A stretch of 50,458 bases of DNA from Candidatus Moraniibacteriota bacterium. GTDB taxonomy: Bacteria > Patescibacteriota > Minisyncoccia > Moranbacterales > UBA1568. This document shows positions 27,651 to 36,459 of the stretch, one piece after another. The notes under the pieces are model-generated. The model did no database searches. It worked only from the letters and a program-made list of their open reading frames with translations, and was not told the origin of the DNA. The DNA lies in the NCBI GenBank assembly GCA_043785755.1, contig JAYVWV010000033.1, positions 1-50,458 on the forward strand, in the 5' to 3' direction. The position numbers were made by a program, and so were the translations under genes. How positions within the stretch are numbered: position 1 is the stretch's first letter; each line of letters starts with the position of its first letter.

Positions 27651-28213
27651 AAAATGCCATCATTCTTCATGGGATGCCATTGCGGGAAGAATATTTCGCA
27701 CCGGGTGGCAACAGACAGTCACAGATGCATTGGTTAGGATGGCTGAAAAATAAACTCATCGAGCAGGGTCTCGTCGTAGAGAATCCTGAGATGCCGGAAC
27801 CCTATGAGCCGGACTATGAACAGTGGCGCTCTGTTTTTGAACGCTATCCAGTTAATGAAAATACCATGCTCATCGGGCATAGTTGTGGAGCAGGTTTTCT
27901 TGTCCGTTGGTTGAGTGAGAGAAAAGTAAAGGTTGGCAAAGTGGTGCTGGTGGCCCCGTGGCTTGATTTGAATCATGAACTGAAGAATGGATTCTTTGAT
28001 TTCAAAATCGATCAGCAGCTTGTCAGAAGAACGGCGGGTGTAACGGTTCTCGTCTCGTCGGATGATGATCAGGAAGTCTTGGAGAGTGTCAGACGGATTC
28101 AAAGCACCTCGCCTGGTATTGCTATCAAGGAATTTTCTGATCGTGGACACTTCATTTTCGCGTCGATGTATACCGAAGAATTTCCCGAACTTCTTGAAGT
28201 TCTCATTGAATAG
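27647..28213 (+). CDS. alpha/beta serine hydrolase (YdeN/RBBP9-like)
   Basis: ATG 27647 overlaps the upstream TGA (ATGA) and has a GGAGAG RBS. The sequence is MKNAIILHG…, with the nucleophile elbow IGHSCGAGF (GxSxG) and a C-terminal …DRGHF. The roughly 190-aa size is typical of this family. Confidence 0.6.
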   Translation: MKNAIILHGMPLREEYFAPGGNRQSQMHWLGWLKNKLIEQGLVVENPEMPEPYEPDYEQWRSVFERYPVNENTMLIGHSCGAGFLVRWLSERKVKVGKVVLVAPWLDLNHELKNGFFDFKIDQQLVRRTAGVTVLVSSDDDQEVLESVRRIQSTSPGIAIKEFSDRGHFIFASMYTEEFPELLEVLIE

Positions 28214-28223
28214 ATATTTCTAT

Positions 28224-28880
28224 ATGAAAATTACGAAATTTGGGCACTGTTGTCTACTCATCGAAGTAAAGGGGGTGTGGATTCTGACTGATCCAGGGAA
28301 TTATAACGTGACACCAGATGTGGCGGGGGTGGATGTTATTTTGATTACTCACGAACACCAGGATCATCTGCATGTTGAAAGTCTGCAAATGATTCTGACG
28401 AAGAACGCGGGAGTGCAGGTAATTTCTCATATTGGAGTGAGAAAGATTCTTGATGAAGCTGGTGTCGTATATACGCTTATCGCTGATGGCGAGGTGGTCG
28501 ATGTGAAAAGTGTGCGCATTGAAAGTGCTGGTTCAGAGCATGCTTGCATCCATCATAATTTGCCAAGTGTTCAGAATACTGGCTTCTTCATCGACCAGAC
28601 GCTCTTTTATCCAGGGGATTCGTTTCATAATCCGAAGAAGGATATTACCATCCTCGCACTGCCGGTGGCTGGGTCATGGCTGAAACTGGAAGAAGCGATC
28701 GAGTATGCCAAGTTCATCAAGCCGAAAGTCGTTTTTCCGGTGCACGATGGCATGCTGCGTCAGGGAATTGAGCTGGGGGTCACTCGTCGTCTCCCGACCA
28801 TGTTGCTTGAGCCGCTTGGCATCAAGTTTGTTGATATGACCGAGGGTTCGGTACGAGATTTTTCGGAGTTTCTCGTTTGA
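28224..28880 (+). CDS. MBL-fold metallo-hydrolase
   Basis: Start at ATG 28224 gives MKITKFGHCCLLIE. The metal-binding motif THEHQDH (HxHxDH) is present. Later His/Asp ligands appear in …GSEHA… and …PVHD…. Confidence 0.75.
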   Translation: MKITKFGHCCLLIEVKGVWILTDPGNYNVTPDVAGVDVILITHEHQDHLHVESLQMILTKNAGVQVISHIGVRKILDEAGVVYTLIADGEVVDVKSVRIESAGSEHACIHHNLPSVQNTGFFIDQTLFYPGDSFHNPKKDITILALPVAGSWLKLEEAIEYAKFIKPKVVFPVHDGMLRQGIELGVTRRLPTMLLEPLGIKFVDMTEGSVRDFSEFLV

Positions 28881-28893
28881 TATTGTAGTAACT

Positions 28894-29508
28894 ATGAAAA
28901 AAGTATTTCTGGCGACGAATAACGGGGACAAGGTGGAACGCTATCGAAAGTTGTTTGCTTCTGCAGAATTAGACGTCGAGCTATGCACGCCGCGTGATCT
29001 CGGGATCGAGGCCATTGAAGTAGTGGAGGATGGTGAGACGCTGGCCGAGAATGCCGAGAAAAAAGCCCGGGCCTATTTCGGGAAAGTGGATCTTCCGATT
29101 CTGGCCAATGATACTGGTTTCTGGGTGGAGGGGGAGGGCCTGGTGTCGGCACCGAAGCGCGCTGCTCTCGGCGAAAAGAATGAAGCGGAGTTGACTCAAG
29201 AAGAAATTGCCAAACATCTGGTAGAGTTTTGGAAGGACATCGCGAGAAAATATGGTGGGCGAGTCAATGCGGCCTGGGTGGAGGCATTCGTCCTCCTTGA
29301 TCCTAATGGGACGCTCCATACGGCCAAGGCACGCCGGGAGGTCATTCTCACGGAGACAGAATTTGGAGTACCTCATGTCCAGATGGCCGTCCGAGCGTTG
29401 TACATCTCTCAGGTTACCGGTAAGCCCGCCGCGGAGCATACGGCGCAGGAGGAGCTCTTGGAAATGCAGCCGGTACAAGATGCGCTCATGAAGATTTTGC
29501 AAGACTAA
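28894..29508 (+). CDS. HAM1/RdgB-like non-canonical purine NTP pyrophosphatase
   Basis: The N-terminus reads VFLATNNGDKVERYRKLF (ATxNxxKxxE). The segments ETLAENAEKKA and PILANDTGFWV parallel ITPase motifs (ENA..KA, ADDSGL). The C-terminal half is divergent. Confidence 0.6.
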   Translation: MKKVFLATNNGDKVERYRKLFASAELDVELCTPRDLGIEAIEVVEDGETLAENAEKKARAYFGKVDLPILANDTGFWVEGEGLVSAPKRAALGEKNEAELTQEEIAKHLVEFWKDIARKYGGRVNAAWVEAFVLLDPNGTLHTAKARREVILTETEFGVPHVQMAVRALYISQVTGKPAAEHTAQEELLEMQPVQDALMKILQD

Positions 29509-29518
29509 ATGATTTTTT

Positions 29519-30544
29519 ATGGGACAGTATCTGGTTTTTATTGGGACGATAGTCATGCTGGGAGGCGCGTTATCGTATATCCGAGAGACAGTGCAGGGAA
29601 AGACCAAACCGAATCGTGTGACGTGGCTTTTATGGAGCATCGCTCCGCTCATCGGCTCTGCGGCAGCTTTTAGCGATGGGGTGCGTCTGGCGACACTGCC
29701 AGTCCTCATCACCGGTGTGGTGCCACTTATAGTGCTTGTTGCTTCCTTCGTTAATAAAGAATCTTACTGGAAGTTGGAAAAAACAGATTATGTATGCGGA
29801 CTTTTTTCAGTGCTTGCCCTCGTACTTTGGAGAGTGACTGACGATCCTGTTGTCGCCATTACTTTTGCCATTGTCAGTGATGCCCTCGCGGCTCTACCGA
29901 CCGTGGTGAAATCCTGGCGCTTTCCGGAGACGGAATCAATCGAAGTTTACGTCACTGCTATTTTTGGGAACGCGACCAGTTTTTTCGTTTTGAAGACGGG
30001 GGACTTTTCAGAGATTGCCTTTCCGATATATCTTGTTTCTATTAACCTTCTTATATTCTTTGCCCTGTATCGAAAAAGGTTTATCAAAAGAAACCAATAC
30101 TCTGCTATGAACCTTCCAGAAGAAATGAGAAGGGTGGCCCGGGAGATAGCGGCACAGCCCGGGCAGGAGGCGGCGCTTCATTTTTCCTATGATGTGTTGA
30201 CGAAGAAATATCGAGGGTATCGGTCGCTGACGTTTCTCCGGTCGCATCGTCTCTTCATCACGGATATCGCGACGCTTTGGAGTACGAGAGGGTTTCTCCA
30301 TTGTCATCAGATAAATTGTCTCTTGCAAACGCTGCTTATAGCGAGTGGGCACTTTACAGCAGAAGATATAACGCCACACTGGACCTTTGTGTGGTACCTG
30401 ACGCCACACCAGTACCTCTCGGTGCGCCTAAGGAGCGGTGAAGTGGTCAATGTTGATGTGTGGGCCAGGGTCTATGGCGTGCCCTTCGGACAGTATGCCC
30501 ATGGATTTCAGAGTGGCAGTTTTTTTGCTAAAATGGGAACATGA
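29519..30544 (+). CDS. membrane protein with C-terminal transglutaminase-like (Cys-His-Asp) domain
   Basis: The N-terminal roughly 190 aa contain about 6 hydrophobic helices. In the C-terminal part, GFLHCHQINCLLQTLL…PHQYLSV…VNVDVW places a Cys, His and Asp in the order and spacing of the transglutaminase-like cysteine protease fold. This assignment is tentative. Confidence 0.4.
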   Translation: MGQYLVFIGTIVMLGGALSYIRETVQGKTKPNRVTWLLWSIAPLIGSAAAFSDGVRLATLPVLITGVVPLIVLVASFVNKESYWKLEKTDYVCGLFSVLALVLWRVTDDPVVAITFAIVSDALAALPTVVKSWRFPETESIEVYVTAIFGNATSFFVLKTGDFSEIAFPIYLVSINLLIFFALYRKRFIKRNQYSAMNLPEEMRRVAREIAAQPGQEAALHFSYDVLTKKYRGYRSLTFLRSHRLFITDIATLWSTRGFLHCHQINCLLQTLLIASGHFTAEDITPHWTFVWYLTPHQYLSVRLRSGEVVNVDVWARVYGVPFGQYAHGFQSGSFFAKMGT

Positions 30545-31476
30545 ACGAAAAAAAGAAAGTTCTCATCGTGGGAGGTCTCGGGATGCTCGGGCAGGAATTA
30601 GCCCGGGTTTTTTCGTGTGATGGGCAGTATGCAGTGACAGTCTGGGACAAGGGGGATGTGGATATTTGTGATTTTCCGTTGTTGAGAGAAAAGCTCTCGG
30701 CACTGCAGCCTGCTCTTGTCATGAATGCCGCCGCCTATAACGCTGTCGACGCTTGCGAGGAAGGTGAAGCAGCATTTGCCAAAGCACAGCTTCTTAACCG
30801 TGATGTACCTGGTTTTTTGGCGGAAATGAGCCGAAAGCTTGGGTTCGTTCTGGTGCACTATTCTACCGATTATGTTTTTGACGGTGTTTTAGCTACAAAC
30901 GAGGGAAAAACGGGGTGTTGCGGCGGCGGTTGCGCCTGCTCTGGCTCTGATAGCCAGGTAGGGTATAATGAAGAAGCGCTGCCCAATCCGCTCTCGCACT
31001 ATGGAGAGAGCAAGTATGCTGGGGAGCGAGCGGTGTGTGCAAAGGCACAAACGTTCTATCTTATCCGGTTGTCCAAACTTTTCGGCACACCAGGCAAGAG
31101 CCCGGAAGCCAAGAAGAGTTTTTTTGCGGTCATGCTGGAGTTGGCTAAGACTCGGCCGGAGGTTCAGGCGGTGGATGACGAGAAGAGTTGTTTCACCTAT
31201 GCGCCGGATCTGGCGCTGGCCACTAAGGAGCTGGTCGAGTCCGGAGATGCTTTCGGTACGTACCATCTGATGAATGAGGGCCCAGCGACGTGGTATGAGG
31301 CAGCTCAGGAATTGTATCGGATAGCAAAGAAGGAGACGAAAGTCCTGGCGGTTGGCAGTGATGTTTTTCCGCGGCCGGCTCGCCGTCCACGTTCGTCGGT
31401 CCTGCTCAATACCAAGCGTCCGAAACTGCGCGATTATCGCGAAGCGCTCAAAGAATTTTTACAAGAAATGGAATAG
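30541..31476 (+). CDS. rfbD: dTDP-4-dehydrorhamnose reductase
   Basis: VLIVGGLGMLGQEL is the Rossmann motif. The segments AAAYNAVDACE, YSTDYVFDG and YGESKYAGE (YxxxK) are present. The gene contains an unusual Cys/Gly-rich insert. ATGA overlap with the upstream gene. Confidence 0.85.
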   Translation: MNEKKKVLIVGGLGMLGQELARVFSCDGQYAVTVWDKGDVDICDFPLLREKLSALQPALVMNAAAYNAVDACEEGEAAFAKAQLLNRDVPGFLAEMSRKLGFVLVHYSTDYVFDGVLATNEGKTGCCGGGCACSGSDSQVGYNEEALPNPLSHYGESKYAGERAVCAKAQTFYLIRLSKLFGTPGKSPEAKKSFFAVMLELAKTRPEVQAVDDEKSCFTYAPDLALATKELVESGDAFGTYHLMNEGPATWYEAAQELYRIAKKETKVLAVGSDVFPRPARRPRSSVLLNTKRPKLRDYREALKEFLQEME

Positions 31477-31568
31477 GAACTATGGTGTAAAGTGTTCAAT
31501 AATCTGCTGGCAAAGAATGCTTTGATTTTCCATGTGTGTCAATTGATTGAATATTATTTTCCAAATGT

Positions 31569-32813
31569 ATGTTGAAGCACGCACTACTAAAAAAGGCCGA
31601 TGCCGAAGTGTTCGCGGCAGTGATCGGTGAGGAGAAACGGCAGGAAGAAGGTGTGGAAATGATTGCCTCGGAAAACTATGTTTCTGAGGCGGTCCTCGAA
31701 GCGCTCAGTACGGTCCTGACCAATAAGTATTCTGAAGGCTATCCGGGTCGCCGTTACTATGGTGGACAGGAGTTTACTGATGTCGTGGAAACGCTCGCCA
31801 TCAAGCGGGCCAAGAAACTTTTTGGCGCAGAGCACGTCAACGTCCAGCCACATGCTGGGGCGCCGGCCAATTTGGCTGCCTATGCGGCCATCCTCAGTCC
31901 TGGTGACACGATCCTCGGAATGGACCTTTCCCATGGGGGACATCTGACCCATGGTCATCCGTTGACACTGCCGTCCAAGATATATCGTTTCGTGGGCTAC
32001 AAGACAGAAGCCGATGGGACGATTGATTACCAGAAACTGGAAGCTTTGGCGAAGAAAGAGAAGCCGAAACTGATACTGGCTGGGTATTCCTCTTACACAC
32101 GGCAGCTCGATTATGCCAAGATTGTCGCCATCGCCAAAAAAGTGGGAGCGTATTCTATGATGGACATGGCTCATATCGCTGGTCTGGTGGCGGGGAAGGT
32201 GGTGCCGAGTCCGGTTCCCTACTTTGATATCGTGACCACGACTACACACAAAACGCTCCGTGGTCCCCGGGGAGGTATTATTTTGTGCCGAGAAGCCCTA
32301 GCTAAAGCAGTTGATAGAGCGGTCTTTCCGGGCGTGCAGGGGGGGCCACTCATGAATACTATCGCGGCCAAGGCGGTCGCTTTCGGCGAAGCGCTCAAAC
32401 CGGAGTTTAAGAAATATGCGCGCCAGGTACTGAAGAACGCCAAGGCGTTGGAAAAAGAAATGACAAAACGCGGGGCAGTTATCATGTTCGGTGGGACGGA
32501 GAACCACATGATCGTCATCGATGTGGTGAAGAGCTATGGTATCGCCGGAAAAGAAGCGGAGAAGTATCTGGATACCGTCAAAATCACGGTCAACAAAAAC
32601 GTTATTCCTGATGACCCACGCGGTCCGATGGATCCTTCAGGACTGCGTATCGGTGTACCGGCCCTGACGACGCGCGGGATGAAAGAGAAAGAAGTGAAGC
32701 TGATCGCGGGCTGTATCGACGAAGCGCTCCGTTCCGGTGGCAACGAGAAAGTCTTGCGTGATATCGCGAAAACTGTTACAACACTTTGTAAACGATTTCC
32801 AGTCTATCGCTAA
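31569..32813 (+). CDS. glyA: serine hydroxymethyltransferase
   Basis: 414 aa. The segments LIASENYVS, NKYSEGYPG.RYYGG, VQPHAGA.AN and TTTTHKTLRGPRGG (PLP-Lys) are canonical SHMT motifs. Confidence 0.95.
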   Translation: MLKHALLKKADAEVFAAVIGEEKRQEEGVEMIASENYVSEAVLEALSTVLTNKYSEGYPGRRYYGGQEFTDVVETLAIKRAKKLFGAEHVNVQPHAGAPANLAAYAAILSPGDTILGMDLSHGGHLTHGHPLTLPSKIYRFVGYKTEADGTIDYQKLEALAKKEKPKLILAGYSSYTRQLDYAKIVAIAKKVGAYSMMDMAHIAGLVAGKVVPSPVPYFDIVTTTTHKTLRGPRGGIILCREALAKAVDRAVFPGVQGGPLMNTIAAKAVAFGEALKPEFKKYARQVLKNAKALEKEMTKRGAVIMFGGTENHMIVIDVVKSYGIAGKEAEKYLDTVKITVNKNVIPDDPRGPMDPSGLRIGVPALTTRGMKEKEVKLIAGCIDEALRSGGNEKVLRDIAKTVTTLCKRFPVYR

Positions 32814-32823
32814 CACCACCCCT

Positions 32824-33618
32824 ATGAAAGGTATTATTTTGGCCGGTGGGACAGGAACGCGACTCCTACCGCTGACCGCTGTCACTTCCAAGCAGCTGCT
32901 CCCGGTTTATGATCGACCGATGATTTTTTATCCATTGGATACCCTTATTAAGGCAGGTATCAGGGATATTCTTATCATCGTGGCTCCGGAACATTCCGGC
33001 AGCTTCCTCAATCTCTTGGGATCGATGTTTCGGAAGTTTGGTGTCAATCTTTCTTTCGTGGTCCAGAAGTCGCCGCGCGGCCTGGCCGAAGCCTATATCT
33101 TGGCTGAGGATTTCCTCGATGGTGAAGCATCGACGTTGGTCTTGGGGGATAATATCTTCGAGGATGATTTCACCGAAGCCATCAGTACCTTCGAGCGGGG
33201 TGGTCGTATTTTTGCCACGGAAGTAGCCGACCCGAAGCGTTTTGGCGTTGTAGAGTTCAGCATTGATCAGAAAGTTCTTTCCATCGAAGAGAAGCCGGAG
33301 CAGCCAAAGAGTTCCTATGCTATTCCGGGTATCTATATTTTCGATGGTGAAGCAACGGCCGTCGCTCGAGCGCTCGTCCCATCGGAACGGGGGGAGCTTG
33401 AGATCACCGATGTCCAGAAATACTATCTGACCAAGCAGGCGCTCGACGTGCGGGTTATCAGCGGAGCCTGGTTTGATATGGGGACCCACGAGTCGCTCTT
33501 CGCCGCCAACGCCTTTGCTCGGGAAAAGAAACTCGGCGAACAGATGCACCCGATGATCAATGAGGCTCTGGAAGAATTTAGAGCTGAGTATAAGAGAATC
33601 GTTTCGCTTAAGAAGTAA
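32824..33618 (+). CDS. rfbA: glucose-1-phosphate thymidylyltransferase
   Basis: Start at ATG 32824 gives MKGIILAGGTGTRLLPLT…SKQLLPVYDRPMI.YPL. The segments QK.PRGLAEA, LGDNIF, RFGVVEF and EKP..PKS.YA..G.Y are RmlA signatures. Confidence 0.9.
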   Translation: MKGIILAGGTGTRLLPLTAVTSKQLLPVYDRPMIFYPLDTLIKAGIRDILIIVAPEHSGSFLNLLGSMFRKFGVNLSFVVQKSPRGLAEAYILAEDFLDGEASTLVLGDNIFEDDFTEAISTFERGGRIFATEVADPKRFGVVEFSIDQKVLSIEEKPEQPKSSYAIPGIYIFDGEATAVARALVPSERGELEITDVQKYYLTKQALDVRVISGAWFDMGTHESLFAANAFAREKKLGEQMHPMINEALEEFRAEYKRIVSLKK

Positions 33619-33630
33619 CCAATCACTAGT

Positions 33631-34518
33631 ATGTCGAACGCGTATCCGCACAAGATTAAAAAGGCGATTATCCCTGTGGCCGGTTTTGGGACGCGCTTTT
33701 TGCCAGCCACGAAAGCGCAGCCGAAAGAGATGCTGCCTGTCGTAGATAAGCCAGTGGTGCAATACTTGGTCGAGGAAGCAGTGGCGGCTGGGATTGAAGA
33801 AATCATTTTTGTGACGGGTCGTGGGAAGCGGGCCATCGAGGATCATTTCGATGTTTCATTCGAACTGGAAGAGACATTGGTGGAAAAAAACAAACATGAG
33901 CTCCTAGCTTTGGTGCAGAAAATTTCGACCTTGGCAAAGTTTTCCTATGTCCGTCAGCCGGTGCCGCTCGGGGATGGTCACGCGCTGCTCCAGGCCGCTC
34001 ACCTGGTGGATGATGATGAATCGGTCCTGGTGATTTTCGGGGATTGTATTTATGACAGTGCTGTACCAGCTGCCAAACAACTGATTGATGCCTATGAGCA
34101 GTACAGGACGCCGATCATCGGACTGTCTGATGTCGATCTGGCTGACGTGTCGAAGTTTGGTGTTATCGAAGGAAACATGGTGAATGAGCGAGATCTGAAA
34201 ATAACCAGAATGGTCGAAAAACCAAAAATGGAGGAAGCGCGCTCAACGGCGGTGGCGGTGGGGAAATATATCATCACGCGAGAGGTCTTTGAGACGTTGG
34301 CCAGTATCAAGGAGGGGAAGAGTGGAGAAATCCGTCTGGCCGATGCTTTTGAAATGATGCTCGAGAAAAAATCAGTGATTCATGGGAGGAAGCTGGAGGG
34401 GATATGGTTGGATACGGGGGATAAATTCAATTTCCTTAAAACGACAATTCATCTCGGTTTGAAGCACCCCGAGGTGGGAGAAAAATTGCGGCAGTATATC
34501 AAGGACTTGTCTCTCTGA
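33631..34518 (+). CDS. galU: UTP--glucose-1-phosphate uridylyltransferase
   Basis: The segments KAIIPVAGFGTRFLPATKAQPKEMLPVVDKP.VQY.VEEA, GKRAIEDHFD, LGDGHA and VEKP are GalU signatures. Confidence 0.9.
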   Translation: MSNAYPHKIKKAIIPVAGFGTRFLPATKAQPKEMLPVVDKPVVQYLVEEAVAAGIEEIIFVTGRGKRAIEDHFDVSFELEETLVEKNKHELLALVQKISTLAKFSYVRQPVPLGDGHALLQAAHLVDDDESVLVIFGDCIYDSAVPAAKQLIDAYEQYRTPIIGLSDVDLADVSKFGVIEGNMVNERDLKITRMVEKPKMEEARSTAVAVGKYIITREVFETLASIKEGKSGEIRLADAFEMMLEKKSVIHGRKLEGIWLDTGDKFNFLKTTIHLGLKHPEVGEKLRQYIKDLSL

Positions 34519-34569
34519 GACTTTTCTGGCCGTAGAGGAGGCTCTTTCGTAAAATATTAACCTGGCAGC

Positions 34570-35268
34570 ATGTACTGGATCTATCTCGTCATTTTTATCC
34601 TTGTTATCCTGACTCCCAGATTCATCACGGGTGGGTGGCAGTTTTTGCGTGAGGAGGATATCGAATCGATGCTGATATTTTTTCTTGGTACTTTCGGCTT
34701 CATGATCTACTTGGCCAAAGAAAAAGCGCTGTTGCGTGTTTTCCGTGAGAAGCTCCATCTGCAGAAGCAGACCAATATTATCACGCGCGATCTCTCGGAC
34801 TCGTATTCGTATATCGGTGAAATGAATCGCAAGCTCGATATCGTCAAGGAGCTCATCTTTCAATTGCCTCAGACGACAGCCGAAATTTTCAGTAAGAAGA
34901 GTGGCAGTGTCTATTCTTCACTACTGGCAACCGCGAGTCTCCTCTCGAAGTCTGACCAGGTGTTCCTGTGTTTTGTTGAGACGAAACGAAAAATGGTCCG
35001 AGGGGTGTTTTGTAAGGATAAACGAACTTCCTGGCCACCAGCCTTGGCTCCACTGACACTTTTGGCTACGGGGAAATACTTTTGGGAGGAGGCGGAGCAT
35101 ATCATTGTCCGTTCACCACGCCCGGCCAAGGGCGTGGCGGCTTTTCTCGTTTTTGCGAAAACGAAGAACCACGTGGATGACGGGGAAGTTTTCAAGATTG
35201 TGGTTTCTGAGGCATTACTTCTGTACTGTGTGGAACAAGAGCTCGGGAACGTCGAGAAAGAAAAATGA
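34570..35268 (+). CDS. hypothetical membrane protein
   Basis: 232-aa ORF with two N-terminal TM helices followed by a soluble domain. No family recognised. Confidence 0.4.
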   Translation: MYWIYLVIFILVILTPRFITGGWQFLREEDIESMLIFFLGTFGFMIYLAKEKALLRVFREKLHLQKQTNIITRDLSDSYSYIGEMNRKLDIVKELIFQLPQTTAEIFSKKSGSVYSSLLATASLLSKSDQVFLCFVETKRKMVRGVFCKDKRTSWPPALAPLTLLATGKYFWEEAEHIIVRSPRPAKGVAAFLVFAKTKNHVDDGEVFKIVVSEALLLYCVEQELGNVEKEK

Positions 35269-35275
35269 GGATACT

Positions 35276-36442
35276 ATGCGTATTGGGATTGATGCTCGTT
35301 TTTATGGATCGCTTGGCAAAGGCTTGGGTCGCTACACGGAAAAACTCCTCGAACATCTGGAGTCTGTGGATCGAACCAATGACTACGTCGTTTTTTTACG
35401 GCGGGAAAATTTCGCAGAATATATCCCGCGCAATCCTCGTTTCCATAAGGCCATCGCCCAGTATGTTTGGTATGGTTTGTCTGAGCAAACTCTCTTTGTG
35501 TGGCGACTCTATCAGGGGGCTTTTGACCTCGTGCACTTTCCGCATTTCAACGTGCCGCTTCTTTACCGAAAGAGGTTCGTGGTCACCATTCATGACCTTA
35601 TTTTGGTGCACTACCCGACGCTCCGCAACACGACGCGTTTTCCCTTGTTGTATTGGGGGAAGTTTTTGGCCTATCGGATCGTCATCGCTTCGGCGGTGCG
35701 ACGAGCACAGCATATCATCACCGTTTCTCATTTCACTGAAAACGATATCCTCGCTCATTACCCCGAAGCGCGGGGCAAATTGACCGTGACGTATGAGGCG
35801 ACCGATTCCTTCTGTCAGATTTCTTCACCCGAGCATGAACGACAGTTGTTTGCGCGACTCGGCGTACTGATGCAGGCGGACGATCGAAACAAAGAACCTG
35901 ATGCACATGATATACTGAAACCGTATTTCCTGTACGTGGGAAATGCTTACCCACATAAGAATCTGGCGGTGTTGTTTGCTATCGCCCGAGCGTTTCCTCA
36001 GTACGCGCTTGTCTTGGTGGGGAAGGAAGATTTTTTCTATCAGCGCTTGAGAGAAGAAGCTCACCAGGCGAGTATCGATAATATCATTTTCGCTGGATTC
36101 GTGACGGATCAGGAGCTTTCCTCGCTCTATCGTCAGGCGCGTGTCTATTTGTTCCCGTCATTGTATGAGGGTTTTGGTCTGCCACCGCTCGAAGCGATGG
36201 CCAGAGGGACGCCGGTCATCGCCTCAGACCGTGGGTCACTTCCGGAAATTCTCGGTTCAGCCGCTCGCTATTTTGATCCGACCGATGCGGCGAGTCTCGT
36301 CAGAGTGCTCAAGCAGGTCGAAGGTAATCCGAGTCTCCGGGCAGCGATGAGAAAAGCAGGGTACGAACAAGCGGCCCGTTTCTCCTTCACTGATATGGCT
36401 CTCGCTACTGCCACCATTTATCAAACAGTCGCTCAGAAATAA
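35276..36442 (+). CDS. glycosyltransferase family 1 (GT4-type)
   Basis: Start at ATG 35276 (GAGGA RBS) gives MRIGIDARF. The C-terminal motif is …[33 protein letters not shown]…, the EX7E region of GT-B retaining glycosyltransferases. Confidence 0.8.
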   Translation: MRIGIDARFYGSLGKGLGRYTEKLLEHLESVDRTNDYVVFLRRENFAEYIPRNPRFHKAIAQYVWYGLSEQTLFVWRLYQGAFDLVHFPHFNVPLLYRKRFVVTIHDLILVHYPTLRNTTRFPLLYWGKFLAYRIVIASAVRRAQHIITVSHFTENDILAHYPEARGKLTVTYEATDSFCQISSPEHERQLFARLGVLMQADDRNKEPDAHDILKPYFLYVGNAYPHKNLAVLFAIARAFPQYALVLVGKEDFFYQRLREEAHQASIDNIIFAGFVTDQELSSLYRQARVYLFPSLYEGFGLPPLEAMARGTPVIASDRGSLPEILGSAARYFDPTDAASLVRVLKQVEGNPSLRAAMRKAGYEQAARFSFTDMALATATIYQTVAQK

Positions 36443-36459
36443 CACCAAAGTATTGTTCC

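Noticed and set aside
32866-33846. 326-aa minus-strand ORF spanning rfbA and galU. Similar long antisense ORFs occur at 28981-29712, 37360-38082 and 31587-32249.
   Set aside because: The + strand frames carry unmistakable enzyme motifs (RmlA, GalU, HAM1-like, DUF4012, SHMT). The antisense translations are Arg/His/Pro-rich, which is typical of shadow ORFs.
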